64,000 bases of DNA, taken from Callorhinchus milii. Taxonomy: Eukaryota. Positions within the stretch are counted from its first letter, which is position 1; every line of letters begins with the position of its first letter. This document shows positions 11,700 to 24,230 of the stretch, one piece after another. The stretch is taken from positions 133,116,001 to 133,180,000 of the forward strand of contig NW_024704742.1 in assembly GCF_018977255.1 (NCBI RefSeq), written 5' to 3'. Under the pieces are notes generated by a model that did no database searches, was not told the origin of the DNA, and saw only the letters and a program-made list of their open reading frames with translations. The translations under genes were made by a program, and so were the position numbers.

Positions 11700-12085
11700 A
11701 AACAATAACAACTTCCACTTATATAGCACCCTCCACGCAGGTTAGCGTCTCAGAGCGCTTAACAATGGTGGAGCCTGACTCCGAGCCGAGTGGTTGGAGG
11801 TGGCTATAAGCACGGTCGAAAAGGGAGATTTTCAGGTGAAAAACAAGGGGAGATACGGAGCAAGGTGGGGGGATTGAGGGAGAGTATTGCAGAGCTTTGC
11901 GGCGTAGTGGCTGAAAGCTCGACCTCCATTGGTCGGGCAGAGGGTGCGAATGCGACCGACGAGCAGGAGGCCGGTGCCAGTCGAGTGGAGCTGCCGGGTG
12001 GTGGATTGGGGAGTGAGGAGGTTGGAGAGGTAGGGAGGTGCCAGGGAATGAATGGATTTGAACACGAGTGTGAGGATCTTGGAAA
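11700..12085 (-). mobile_element. L2 3' fragment, tail type B
   Basis: KILTLVFKSIHSLAPPYLSNLL reading; tail GCTAACCTGCGTGGAGGGTGCTATATAAGT..TTGTT. Confidence 0.8.
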
Positions 12086-13239
12086 TCACGTGCATCACAC
12101 AAGGGTGTGCGCTCCGAAACAGAGCCAAAAGTCAGCTCCGTGTTCCTTGCGAGTCAGCATTGCAAATGTTTCATGGACTTTATATAAGGAATTGCGTGAA
12201 GATAGACCACAAAATTGCCCTCATATGTTATATTCCTTTCCCGAAATTATGCTGCCGATAAAACCCAATTTGAACCAGAGGTTTCCTGTTGACGGCTCTG
12301 TTTTGTAACTGTTTATTTCCTGAAGGCAACATGGAAATTGCAATGGAATCTACACGTTGTGTAAAGTGTTCTTATTGTTGTTATACTTCACATGAGTCTC
12401 TAACTTATCCTACTTCCCCCTATCACTAGCCTCCTGAATACCCTTCTGTATGTATCTCCCTCATGCATGTAATACAAAATGTTGTCATGCAGATACCTCT
12501 TAATACTGTGGTAGCTTCAAAAACAACGGCAGCCAAATTAGGGGGTGGATGTGGAAGAGAGAGAGAGTGAGTGAATGAGTGAGTGAGGGAGGGAGGGAGG
12601 GAGGGAGGAATGAGGCTTGATTCTGAGGCTAAAAATGGAGGAAGTCAGAAGCTAAAAGCCACTTATTAGTTACAAACAGAGGCAATAATAATCAGGACAC
12701 TTGCATTGAGTACAGCACCTTTCACATCAGAGGATGTCTCAAAGTATTTAATGGGACTTATTGTAAAGTGTTGTTTGTAGACAAATGCAGCAGCCAATTT
12801 GCAAGCAGCAACAAACCAGCAACAACTTCAATAACAACTTGCACTTATATAGCACCCTCTACACGGCGTACCAAACAAGCATGAAGTGAGTGATCAATTT
12901 TATCTGGAGGATTGTTGGCCAGGACTCCGTGAGAAACTCCCTTTTCTTTTTGAAACACACAGATACAAGAGTTAACTTAATGACTAGTGTTAATGAGATA
13001 CTGTAGATACAAACACAGATCTCTGTGGATGAGAATTCGTGCAATCAATCAATGTTTAAACCAGAGGGTTTGCTGTTAACGTTAAGTCTTGATCATGCAT
13101 GGAGCTTAACGGAAGGGTTTTTTGTATCTGAGAAAGAGGTTATGATAATAATCTTTGCACTTGATATAGTGCCTTATCACAGCCATGAAGTGAATGTCCA
13201 ATTTGTTTAATATTCATAAATAAAATAATATTTATTTTA

Positions 13240-13572
13240 TAAGAGACCTGAGTTTAATTCCCGGCAGGGCGAAACGTTGGGCAAGTTTCCTTACTCCACA
13301 CGCCTCTGTTTACCTAGCAGTAAGTAGGAACCTGATTGTTACTCGATTGGCAGATCACTTTTCCGGGGTTAATAATTCCTTAAAAAAAGGAAGAAATCAT
13401 TCACTGAATCTACGACTGTTTGTGGGACACTGCTTTGCGCAATTGGCTGCTGCGTTTTGCCCACAAAATATACAGTCAAATTTACTTTACAGTATATTCT
13501 GTGAAGCGCTCTTGAGATGTCTCGAAGACATGATAAGGCGCTATATCAAATGCAAGGATGATTATTATTATA
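13240..13572 (+). mobile_element. tRNA-Ala-family SINE, 5'-truncated full form
   Basis: B-box remnant, GGGCAAGTTTCCTTACTCCACACGCCTCTGTTTACCTAGCAG, standard tail. Confidence 0.85.
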
Positions 13573-14059
13573 GAAGTTTATAAATATCATTTCAACTCAG
13601 GCAAAATAAAAACCCCTCTGGTTTAAATATTGTTTGATCGGGTCCATACACTGTAAGCATGTATAAATAGGTAAAACAGGAGAAGGTATAGCAAGAGATG
13701 GGAACAGGCTGCAAATCCAAACTCAAAGGAGGAAGCCTCCACATTGACAGGGTTCTGTGATAAAGAGCCAAGGGGAAGAGATGTCAAGTTGGTTTGGGTT
13801 TCTTTTCTTTTAAAAAACACATGCAATCCTCCCAAAAAAATCCTTGCAGATAATTTATCCTGTTTTTTCTGGCCAACAATCATCGATTCATAGAAACATA
13901 CAAATTTACCGCACAAGAAGGAAGCTATTTGTCCCATCAAACCTGCACCTGCTCTCAGAAAAAAGGTGTTCATTCAATCCCACTCCCCTGTCCTATGCCC
14001 AAATACCTTCAAGTTTCTCTCTTTTACACACCTGTCTATACAATGGTTGCCCTTTGTAT

Positions 14060-14415
14060 CATAAGCCTACCAATCCGCCCGCTCCCTCCGCTCAGTCGGC
14101 TCTGGCCTGCTCCATGTCCCCCGACCCACCCGCCCCACCATTGGCGGGAGAGCCTTCAGCCACTCTGCCCCCAACCTCTGGAATTGCATCCCCCAATCAT
14201 TCCGCCTCGCCCCTTCCTTAGACTCCTTCAAGTCTCAACTCAAGACCCTCCTCTTCGACCCTGCCATCGGCCAACCCCCCTTCCCCTCACTTCCCTTCTC
14301 TCCCCCTGACCCCAGCTCGGGTCTGAAATGCTGTACACTGTCCAGCGCCTTGGGATGTCCTCCCGACATGAAAGGCGCTATACAAATGTAGTCTTGTTGT
14401 TGATGTCGTTGTTGT
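14060..14415 (+). mobile_element. L2 3' fragment, tail type A
   Basis: C-rich L2 end and GGGATGTCCTCCCGACATGAAAGGCGCTATACAAATG..(TTG)n; close to 57201-57629. Confidence 0.85.
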
Positions 14416-14507
14416 AAGATGGCCGTTCACATCACGTGAACACCTGAGTGTGTGAATTTGTTGATAGTGTAGAAGCTGCTCCCACACAGCAACCACACTC
14501 TTTGTTA

Positions 14508-14790
14508 GCAAGTTTCCTTACTCCACACGCCTCTGTTTACCGAGTAATGAGTAGGAACCCTGTTGTTAGTCGATTAGCGAATCACTTTTCCAGGGATAAT
14601 AATTCCTTCAAAAAAAAAAATAATTTGGTCACTTCAATGTACGACTGTTTGTGGGACGCTGCTGTGGGCAATTGACTGCCACATTTCGCCCACAAAATAC
14701 AGTCAATTCACTTTACAGTATTTTCTGTGAAGCGTTTTGAAAACGTGATAAGTAGCTATATCAAATGCAAGGATTATTATTATTATTATA
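14508..14790 (+). mobile_element. tRNA-Ala-family SINE, headless
   Basis: Central block and tail of the family. Confidence 0.8.
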
Positions 14791-17514
14791 ATAACCACTA
14801 TGCTACAAGACTCCTTAACATCTGGATACCTACCTGCTTTCCTCTTGAAACAATGGGCTGTGCCGCTACTACCTTTGCTTGGCAGGGCGATCCACATCCC
14901 AACATCTGTCTGAGTGAAAACATTTCTCCTGGGCTCTCCAAATCCTCAAAATAAAATTGTCCATTCACTACACAGCCTTTTGTTTGTTGGACATTTGATG
15001 TGTGCAAATCAGCTGCCACATTCGCCCACAAAATGCAGTTACTACACTTCACTGGCTCTTTGTCCTTTTTAAAATATTGCAATTTGGAGATAAACGCTTA
15101 ACTTTCATACGTAGCCAGGTTCCGAAGCCCGAAAGGGCTGTCCTTAAACCGTAGTGTCGATCCTGGCATTAAAAATGAACACGTGCAGTTGTAAGCTTTA
15201 ATTTCCTGTCTGACTCTGGGATGTGAGGCACTGGTACAGAAACACAGCTGGCTGGAACCCTTAAAGGGTTAACCGCGCGTGGGTGGGGAAAGTCCATGAA
15301 CTTGTGAAAGAAGAATTGGGAAAAGGACAGCAACAACAACTTGCACTAATATAGTGCTTTTCAAGCAGAGCCAAAGGGGAGTTTTTCCCAGTGTCCCGGC
15401 TGACAATTATCCCAATTATCCCCCCTCACCCCCCCATGAGAAAATTGAACTAGCCAACAATCCCCAGGATCAAATCGGTCGTTCACTTCACAGTCGTTTG
15501 CAGGATGAAGCAGTGCTCAAATTCACTTATAAAAATACACAGTCACTGCACTTTAAAATCAAATCCTGTGAAGGGCTTTTGAGACATCCTGCCGAGGTGA
15601 AAGATGCTATACCAAAATATAATCCTTACTATTAATAATAAGAATCCTTACATTGGATATGGCACCTTCTATACAATTGTATAATTTTATTGTTGTTTCA
15701 CGTCAGGATGATGTCTCGAAGCGCTTCACAGAATTTCATTGTAAAGTGGAGTGACTGCATTTTGGTTGGCGAAGATGGCAGCCTATTTTGTGTATATAAG
15801 TGTTCACAGACAGCCATGAAGTGAGTGCTCAACTTTATCGCAATGAATATGATTCCTTGGTTCCCCCCACACCCTCTCCCCACCCTATCGCAAGTCACAC
15901 GGAACCCAAAAGGCGAGACAGGAGGACAGAATGGGAATCCGTGTATAAAAGCACAGTCCCACTCTCTGGAACTCCATCCCGGAGACCCTCCGACTCGCAT
16001 CCTCCCTCACCCCGGTTCAAGGTCCATCTCGAGACCTATTCCTTTGACCGCACCTTTGGTCATCTTTCCCCTCACCCCCCTTGACTCCCCCACCATCCAC
16101 CCATCCTGCTCAAATGCCAGGACTGTTAAGCAATTTGGGACATCCTCCCGATGTGAAAGACACAGTATAAATTTAAACTTGTGTCATATTGTACCGTTCC
16201 CACATGTTAATTTTTCAAAGGAATCTGCAGCACAGTGCAAAATCATCAGGACCAGATCCTGGTAATGTTTCGACCTAGCTCGAAATGACTGCAAACTTGT
16301 CCACATGATTGGAAGCTCAGAGGAAACATTCTGAAACACTTAAGCATTTAAGCGATGAAAAAGAGAAAGCATTTAAGGGTCTGAAGGAGTGGGGGTTTGG
16401 TTGGTGTTGTGTGGGGGAAGGGTGGAGTGGCTCAAGACATCCAAGCAACTGTACAGAAGAGGGCAATTGAACATGGTTTATAGTCAGTGCTACATGCTGT
16501 GCTACTTAGCTATTACATGTGTGTAAGATGGAACTCTGCTTCCAACAATTTTTTTTACTTATTCTATTAATATTGCTTTGGCTTACAATAAACACAGTCT
16601 CTGCACTTATAAGATAATAATCCTTGTACTTGATATATCGACTTATCACGTCATCATGGCATCTCAAAGAGCTTCTCAGGATTTGACTGTGAAGCACGAT
16701 GAGAATATATTTTGTCGGTAAACATGGCAGCCAATATCCGCACAGCTACTCCCTCAAACAGCCATGAAAGTGGACGAGCAATTTTATTTTCCAGGGGGTT
16801 GTTGACCAGGACACTGTGAGAAACTTCCCTATCATTTTGAGTGTTGCTAGGGGATCTTTAACAACACCTGAACAGGGGACAGAGGATAATAGGAACAGAG
16901 GACTAAGGAGGGTTTAAATTTTATGACTTCCCAACCACCATGTTATAATGTGACTCCCATTGTAATTCACATTCATATAATGCCTTTCGTGTGATCTAAT
17001 TATCTCAAAGCGCTTTACAAAATAGACAAATGTGCCAGCAGCGTGCTATGCGGAATGAGACGAGTTGTCAATTCATTTGAATGGGGAGGGGGGTGGGATG
17101 GATTTGAATGAAGAGGCAGTATAAATAAGACAAGACAATTGGGTGAAAGTTCCACCTTTCTTTCAACAAGCGACAGTGACAGTTGTCACCAGTGATAATT
17201 ATCACCTCACACACCCCGTAAATTTCACCCGAAGGCCGTATTGTGCGCTGAGGAGAGCTGAGAACACATAACTCCAGCGTTCGATGGCTCCAAAAGAGTC
17301 TGTTTCTTTTGTGCTCAGATGAAATGCAAACAGAGTTGCCTTGGCAGACTGATGGAATTCACATAGCAAAGCGTGGAATCAACTGACAGCTTCTCAATTT
17401 ATTTATCTTGGGTCATTCCAAGCCAACAGCCTTTGACCTAGAGTTTGTGGTGTTGTTTGCACTCGTTTATCTCAATTTTGTAACTTTTTCTTTGTTTGGT
17501 TTCTACCGCCTAAC

Positions 17515-17895
17515 ACTGGCTCAGTCAGTAGCACTCTCGCATCTGTGACAGAAGGTTGTGGGTACAAAAACCCATGTCGGGACTTTGGATTTACAAGTCG
17601 AGGCTGACGCTCCAGTGTGGTGTTGGGGAGGGCTCTGGATGATCGGAGGTGCCGTGCTTCAGATAAAAGATTAAATTGAAGCCCAGACTGCTGGTGGACG
17701 TTAAAGATTCTGTGGCACTATTTGGTCATTTGGTAACTCAATCCACGATGGTTTGTAAGACACTGCTGTGCGCAATTCGCTGCAACGTTTTGCTACAAAA
17801 TATACAACCAATTCACTTTATAGTGTATCCTTTATAGCGCTTTGAGGTGTCTCAATGACATGATAAGGCGCTATATCCAATGCAAGAATTATTAT
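17515..17895 (+). mobile_element. DeuSINE (SacSINE1-like)
   Basis: Head TGGCTCAGTCAGTAGCACTCTCGC..AGAAGGTTGTGGGT, Deu GTGGACGTTAAAGATT, L2-type tail. Confidence 0.75.
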
Positions 17896-20104
17896 ATTAT
17901 TATCATTTTTTAGTGCGCAATTGGCTGCCGCGTTTCGCCCACAGAATATACAGTCAATTCATTTTACAGTGTATTCTGTGAAATGCTTTGTGATGTTTCA
18001 AAGATGTAATGAGATGCTGTATCAAATGCAGGTATTATTATTACTATTTGATAAGAGAAGGGAGTTTCTTTCTCCTGGTTTGCTGGCAAAACATTCCCCC
18101 AGTGAAAAAAAATTGTCCATTCACTGCCGTGTGTGTGAAACATCACTGTAATCAAATTAGCTGCTCCGATGTGAGAATCTTTTGACATGTGATAAAAAGC
18201 ACAAAGATTGCTGGAATTCGGCAATAAAGCCAAGAATGCGGCAATCCTGCAGGAAAGCCAGAGAATGCTGCAACAAGGCTCAACATTCACTGCAGGTCAA
18301 TCAGAATAACTTTGCGAAACCTCAGGCAAGTTTCCTTACTCTGCACGTCTGTGTTTACCCAGCAGTAAGTAGGAACCTGGTTGTTAGTTGATTGGTAATA
18401 ATCCCTCCATAAACACCCCCCCAAACATTTGGTCACTCAATCCAAGACTGTTAGTGGGATGTTGGTGTGCGCAATTGGCTGCCGTGTTTCATCCACAAAA
18501 GTCAATTCACTTTACAGTATATTCTGTGCAGCGCTTTGAACCGTCTCAACGACGTGATAAGGCGCTACATTGAAGGATTATTATTATTGTATTAATTATC
18601 CAACACCTGGCCTGGGTATGTGTAGACCTAGTTTAATAATAACAGTATCACTTATAGAGCGCCCTTCACACGGGGTAGCGTCTCAGCGCGCTTAACAGTG
18701 ATAGAGCTTGATGCCGAGCTAGTGCAGAGAGGGCAGGTGACCATCAGCACTATCGGAGGAGGAGGCAATGTGGACGGATTGAGACACAGAGTTCAGGAAG
18801 CTGAAGCCAGCTGGACAAAGGCAGCGTATGGTGAAGTGGGGCGTAAGCAGATTGGAGAGGAAGGGAGGTGCCAGGGCATGAAATGATTTGTATACAAGTG
18901 TGAGGATCTCGAAATTGATCCATTCGGTGAGGGAATCAGTGAAGCCTGGCAAGGAATGTAGGATGGAGATATGGTATTTGCTGTGGGTGAGGATAAGGGT
19001 AGCGAAGTTTTGAATTAATTAGATTTTATGAATGGTGGAGACTGGCAAGTTCCAGGCCACCAATCCCAGATAAAAATTGGGCAGTCACTTCATAGCTATT
19101 TCTGGTTCATTGCTTTACGCAACTTGGCTGCCACGTTCCACCTACAAAATACACAGTCACTGCATTTTACTGTGAATCCTGCAAAGCGCTTTGAGATGTC
19201 CTCCAGATGTGAAAGGTGATAAGTCAAACGATAATCATTATAATATATTCTGTGAGAAATCGCGCATTTGTCATTTGCTGCTTCATGTTAGATAACAAGG
19301 ATTAGTTGATTGGCGGATTGCTTTTCTGGGGATAATAATTGCCGTGTGCAATTGGCTCCCGCTTTTCACCCACAAAATATACAGTCATCTCACTTTACAG
19401 TACATTCGGTGAAGCGCTTTGAGACACCTGAAGATGTGATAAGGCGAAATATCAAATGCAAGAACTATTATTATATTATTATTAACATGGAAATTTCCCT
19501 GTGTTTGTGTTCTCTCATCTCGCTTACCCAATTAGGTGCAGGTTAGGTACAGGTTAGCGAGAGCCAAGGCTTGGGGATCTCAGCGTGTGCGTTGAGGTAA
19601 CTGCGAGAGTTTATACAGCTAAAACTGCAAAGCTTGCATCAAGAGCACTGTCTGGCAAGCTTCCTGCTGAATAAGTTTAATACTTAATAGGCCATAATAT
19701 GCACTTCTCAAATATCTACCTGTCTCCTTGTTACACATCCCCAAATCAATTCTTTATCTACCGTCTTCTAGGCCTTCTCTGTGCAAAGAAATGTGTCCAG
19801 CAACAGTACTTGTGCAGCCAGCTTATCCCAACACCATGCTTCGCATTTCTCACTCGATGCAGATAGGGAAGCACAACAAGGTCTTGTATATATTATACAA
19901 CATAATGGATAGTTTCCAGATGTGTATGGGATGGGAAAGAGGAGTGGTGGTGGTGGGGGGGCCTAATTGGTTTTGAACTTGTATGAACTTGTATTTGCAT
20001 GAATGGCGTGGACGCTCATCTGCAAACTGGCTCCCAACCAACTTGAGACCAAATCCACATTTGCAATTTACATAGACCATCTGTTATTTTACACAGACCA
20101 TTTG

Positions 20105-21365
20105 TGCAGTCGTGTAGCGTATTGTTTAGAGCACTGGTCTCCCAAGCGAGAGGACCTGGGTTTGATTCCCGGACAGCTCAAAACATAAGGCAAGTTTCCT
20201 TCCTCCACACGCCTGTTTACCTAGCAGTAAGCAGGTTGTTAGTCGATTGGCAGATTGTTTTTGCTCCTCTGTCATCACCACCATATTATCCATAAAGCTC
20301 ACCACCTACTCCCTGGACCTCATCCCGACTGCTCTCCTTAAATCCCAGCTCCACCTCCTTACCCCACTACTCGCCGATATCATCAACCTCTCATTGTTCC
20401 TGCCCCGTCAAAACAACCACTATCAGCACCACCTTGAAGAAACCTTCTCTTGACCCAACATAGCTATCCAGCTACCCGGCCCATCTCCCACCTCCCTTTT
20501 TTGTCTACAATCCTTGAGAGAGCCGTTGCCTCCCAGCTTCGCTTTTTCCTCTCCTCCCATTCCCTCTATGAGCCCCTCCCATTGGGTTCCCGTGCTGCCC
20601 ACAGTTGCAGATCATCCAAAACTCTGGAGCTCGTGTACTTTTGAGCACCAGGCTCCGTGACCCCATCACTCCCACCCTCGCCCGACTCCACTGGCTCCCC
20701 ATCCCCCAGAGGATCGAGTTCAAGGTCCTCGTCCTCACTTTCAAGGCCATCCATGGCCTTGCCCCCTCCTACCTCTCTGACCTGCTGACTCCCTACCAAC
20801 CTGCCCGCTCCCTTCGTTCAGCGGGCTCTGGACTGCTCCATGTCTCCCGCCTGACCCGCCCTACCATCGGTGGCCGGACTTTCAGCCTCTCTGCTTCCAC
20901 ACTCTGGAACTCCATCCCACAGTTCCTTTGCCTCGCTGCCTCCCTTGCCTCCTTCAAGGTCCTCCCGACTTGAAAGGCGCTCTATAAATGTAATTTTGTT
21001 GTTGTTGTTGTTGTTGTTCAAGGCTGGTCTCAAGACCCTCCTCTTCGATGGTGCCTTCGGTCGCCCTCCCACCTCTCTGCCTTCCCTCACCCCTACCCCA
21101 CCCCTCTCCCATGCTCGGGTCCTGACCCCTGACTGTCCAGCGCCTTTGGAGGTCTTCCCGACGTGAAAGGCGCTCTATAAATGTAACGTTGTTGTTGTTT
21201 CCGGGGGCTAACAATTTAAACCAATTTGGTCACTCAATCTGTGCACAATTGGCTGCCACGTTTTGCATGCAAAATACACAGTCAATGCACTTTAGAGTAT
21301 ATCCTGCGAAGCACTTTGAGACGTCTTAGCGACGCTCTATATCAAATGCAAGGATTATTATTATT
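20105..21365 (+). mobile_element. tRNA-Ala-headed SINE split by an L2 insertion
   Basis: Head and centre 20105-20262 end GATTGGCAGATTGTTTTT; the SINE resumes TCCGGGGG..TTGGTCACTCAATC at ~21199. Confidence 0.75.
20263..21198 (+). mobile_element. L2 fragment with internal deletion and nested mini-tail
   Basis: LDLIPTALLK / RPISHLPFLSTILERAVASQL (RT N-terminal part) joined directly to LQIIQNSGARVL..LHWLPIPQRIEFK and a (TTG)n tail. Confidence 0.88.
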
Positions 21366-22536
21366 TTGTAGTGATGTATCAGTCACTTTCTCTCACTCTC
21401 TCACTCTTTGTATTTTGGAGTAACCTAGAATCTAAGATGAAAGTTCCAAGGTGTGGCTTGAACCCACAAACGTCTGACTCAGAGGAAGGAACTCTACCAT
21501 CAGAACCAGCCCGACACCTAAATATCCCACGAGATCACTAAATTGGTTTGAATGAAGCAGGCCCTTCAACCCACCTTCTCATCCATCAACCCTATTGTCC
21601 TCTGATCACAGTGTTGAGCTTTTTGTGGGATATTGGAGTGTGGAAATTGGCTGCCATAGTGCCCTACCAAATAAGGTCACTGCACTTTACAGAAGGCTTA
21701 ACATATAATAATAATCCTTGCATTTCATATAGCGCCTTATCACGTCTTCGAAATATCTCAAAGCGCTTCACAGAATACTGTTAAGTGAATTGACTGTATA
21801 TTTGTGGGCGAAACACGGCAGCCAATTGTGCGCAGCAGTGTCCTATAAACAGTCGTGGATTGAATAACCTAATTATTTGTTTTTAAGCAAATATTACGTA
21901 ATTAAGGGTTCTAACACACACAAGGATTATTGTTATTATTAATATGACTAGAACTTGCATGCAATGAAATCCACCCCTGGTCTAAACAGGGCCAAATCCT
22001 CAACCTGGGAGCCTGGAATACTACAGAGATGGTTCTACCTGATGTGAAGTAAACATGGCGCGTAATTGCACATATATCTTACAGTATATTAATAATTGAT
22101 TATGTTTATACCATTATGAGTTATGTTTCAGAATGGCCTGCACAGGAATTCATAAATAAATCAAAAGACCATGAGGTGCAATTAATTCGAAACTAAGGCA
22201 AGGCTTAAAGCTGGCAAACAAGTAACATGCAATTGCAGGAAAAGTACAACAATTATGCACTAAGCAAAATCACAGGCTGGTTGAGCACAGGTTTTGAGTT
22301 GCACAGGGCAATTTCAGGACAAACACCAGAAAGGTTTTTTTCTTAACCCAGAGGGTATTTAACGACTGTCACAGGTGGCCAGGAAGAGTGGTTGAGGCCA
22401 AAGTCATTGCAGTTCAAGTAAAAAAATCTCAGTGCTGTGATGGGAGGACGGTAGAGAAGATATTGTTTTTAAAATCCCAGTGGGATTTTGTGACCCTTCA
22501 ACCTTTTGAGGTTGATTAAGTGAGGACAAAGGCAAC

Positions 22537-23388
22537 AATAATAATAATAATCATCATTGCATTTGATATAGTGCCTCATTACATTATTGCGATGTCTCAA
22601 AGCACTTCACAGTGAATACTACAACAACAACAAAATTACATTTGGATAGAGCCTCTCGCATTGGGAGGACGTCCCAAGGCGTTGGACAATCAAGGATTTG
22701 GATCCGAGCTGGGGGTCCGGATTGGGGAGGGTGGGAGGGTCGGGATTCTGTCAGGACAGCAGTGGTCCTGAAGTCGAGGGTGGAGGCAGAGAGATAGAGT
22801 TGGGTGTCATCCGCATACATGTGGAAATTGACCCCATGTTGATGTCATCATGAAGTTGAGATGAGAGGAAAGGCAATGGATTAGGATAGAGTGGTCCACG
22901 GTATCAAAGGAAGCATAGAGGTCAAGGCGGACGAGGAGGGAGTGGTAGCCCTGGTCGTAGATGGACAAATTGTCATTCGTCACATTGACCAAAGCTGTTT
23001 CTGTGCTGTGGATGGCACGGAAACCCGATTGGTGGGATTCGTGAAGGGAGTGGTGGGAAGGAAGGAGCAAGCTGCAAAGCAACGATGGTTCCAGTATGTT
23101 GTAAAGTGGATTGACTGTTTATTTTGTGGGTAAAACTTGATAGCCAATTGTGCACAGTATTGTCCCACCTACAGACATGGAGTGATTGACCCAAATTTTT
23201 TTGAGGGATTATTACCCTCAGAAAGCAATCCACCAATCGACTAACAACCGAGTTGCTACTTCCTGCTAGGTAAACAGAGGCATGTGGTGTAAGGAAACTT
23301 GCCTAAGGTTTCGCCCTGCCCAGGAATTGAACTAGGGTCCTCTCGCTGTGGGGCGAGCAAGCTAACCACTATGCTACCTGACTCCACA
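22537..23388 (-). mobile_element. tRNA-Ala-headed SINE split by an internally deleted L2 (~22620-23090)
   Basis: SINE tail 22537-22619; L2 with [14 protein letters not shown] and MYADDTQLY fused to the L2 tail; SINE resumes ~23091. Confidence 0.8.
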
Positions 23389-23564
23389 ATGACTCCCTTG
23401 AGATGAACTGGCATTGAGAAAATATGTCTGGTGTAGATGTATTGGTCAGTGGTGAATGCAAAGCATTGCTGGTGGTTGACCAGTCTCTTTGGTTCACCAT
23501 TGAGTCTTGGATGCTTTTCAAGTGCTCAATCTCCTACGTGCCAAAGCCCTAGTGGGTTAGCTCA

Positions 23565-24230
23565 TCCCGTCTTTTTTGGGCAGCCGGGTGTCTGACATGT
23601 GCGGAAACCCATGTGTATGCTTAAGAGTATCCATACCAAACTGAGAGTGCGACATTAGTATGCCGCCTATGCGTGGAAGTTTACCTGTGCCTGGGATGTT
23701 GCTGTGTGCAAATTGGCTGCCACGTTCGCCCACAAAACACATACAGTTACACCGCTTCACAGTATATTTTGTGTAACGTTTTGAGATGTCTTGATGACAT
23801 GATAAGTCGCTGTATCAAATGAAGTATTATTATTGCGTGGAGGGTGCACTCCCTTCCCTGGAGGGACATATCCTGTTTATCTAATTCTGGAGAGTGCTTG
23901 TGGCAAGTTGGCAAGAACCAAGGCTTGAGGGACCCCACAGTGTACGTTCAGGGTCAGAGTCTGCTGGGGTTCAATCAGCTATGATTGCACAGCTTGCCAT
24001 TTGAGAGCAATGTCTGGCAAGCTTCCTACTGCTTGTCCAGCTAGGGTGATCTTTGATGGACAAGCAATGGGAAACTTGCCAACCTGTGCAAACCACTGAC
24101 TCTTGTTTTAAAGTGGAGCTGGAACCTGAATGTTTCAGGCCAAACCAATCATCAAGGAGATGTTGACCCACATCGACTCTTCGTGTGTTAACAGTTGTCA
24201 TATCACACGCCTCATCTTACTTCCCCCTCG
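23565..24230 (+). repeat. Unclassified dispersed repeat, longest copy C (split by SINE tail ~23695-23833)
   Basis: Collinear with copy A, copy B (inverted) and 19480-19675. Confidence 0.65.
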
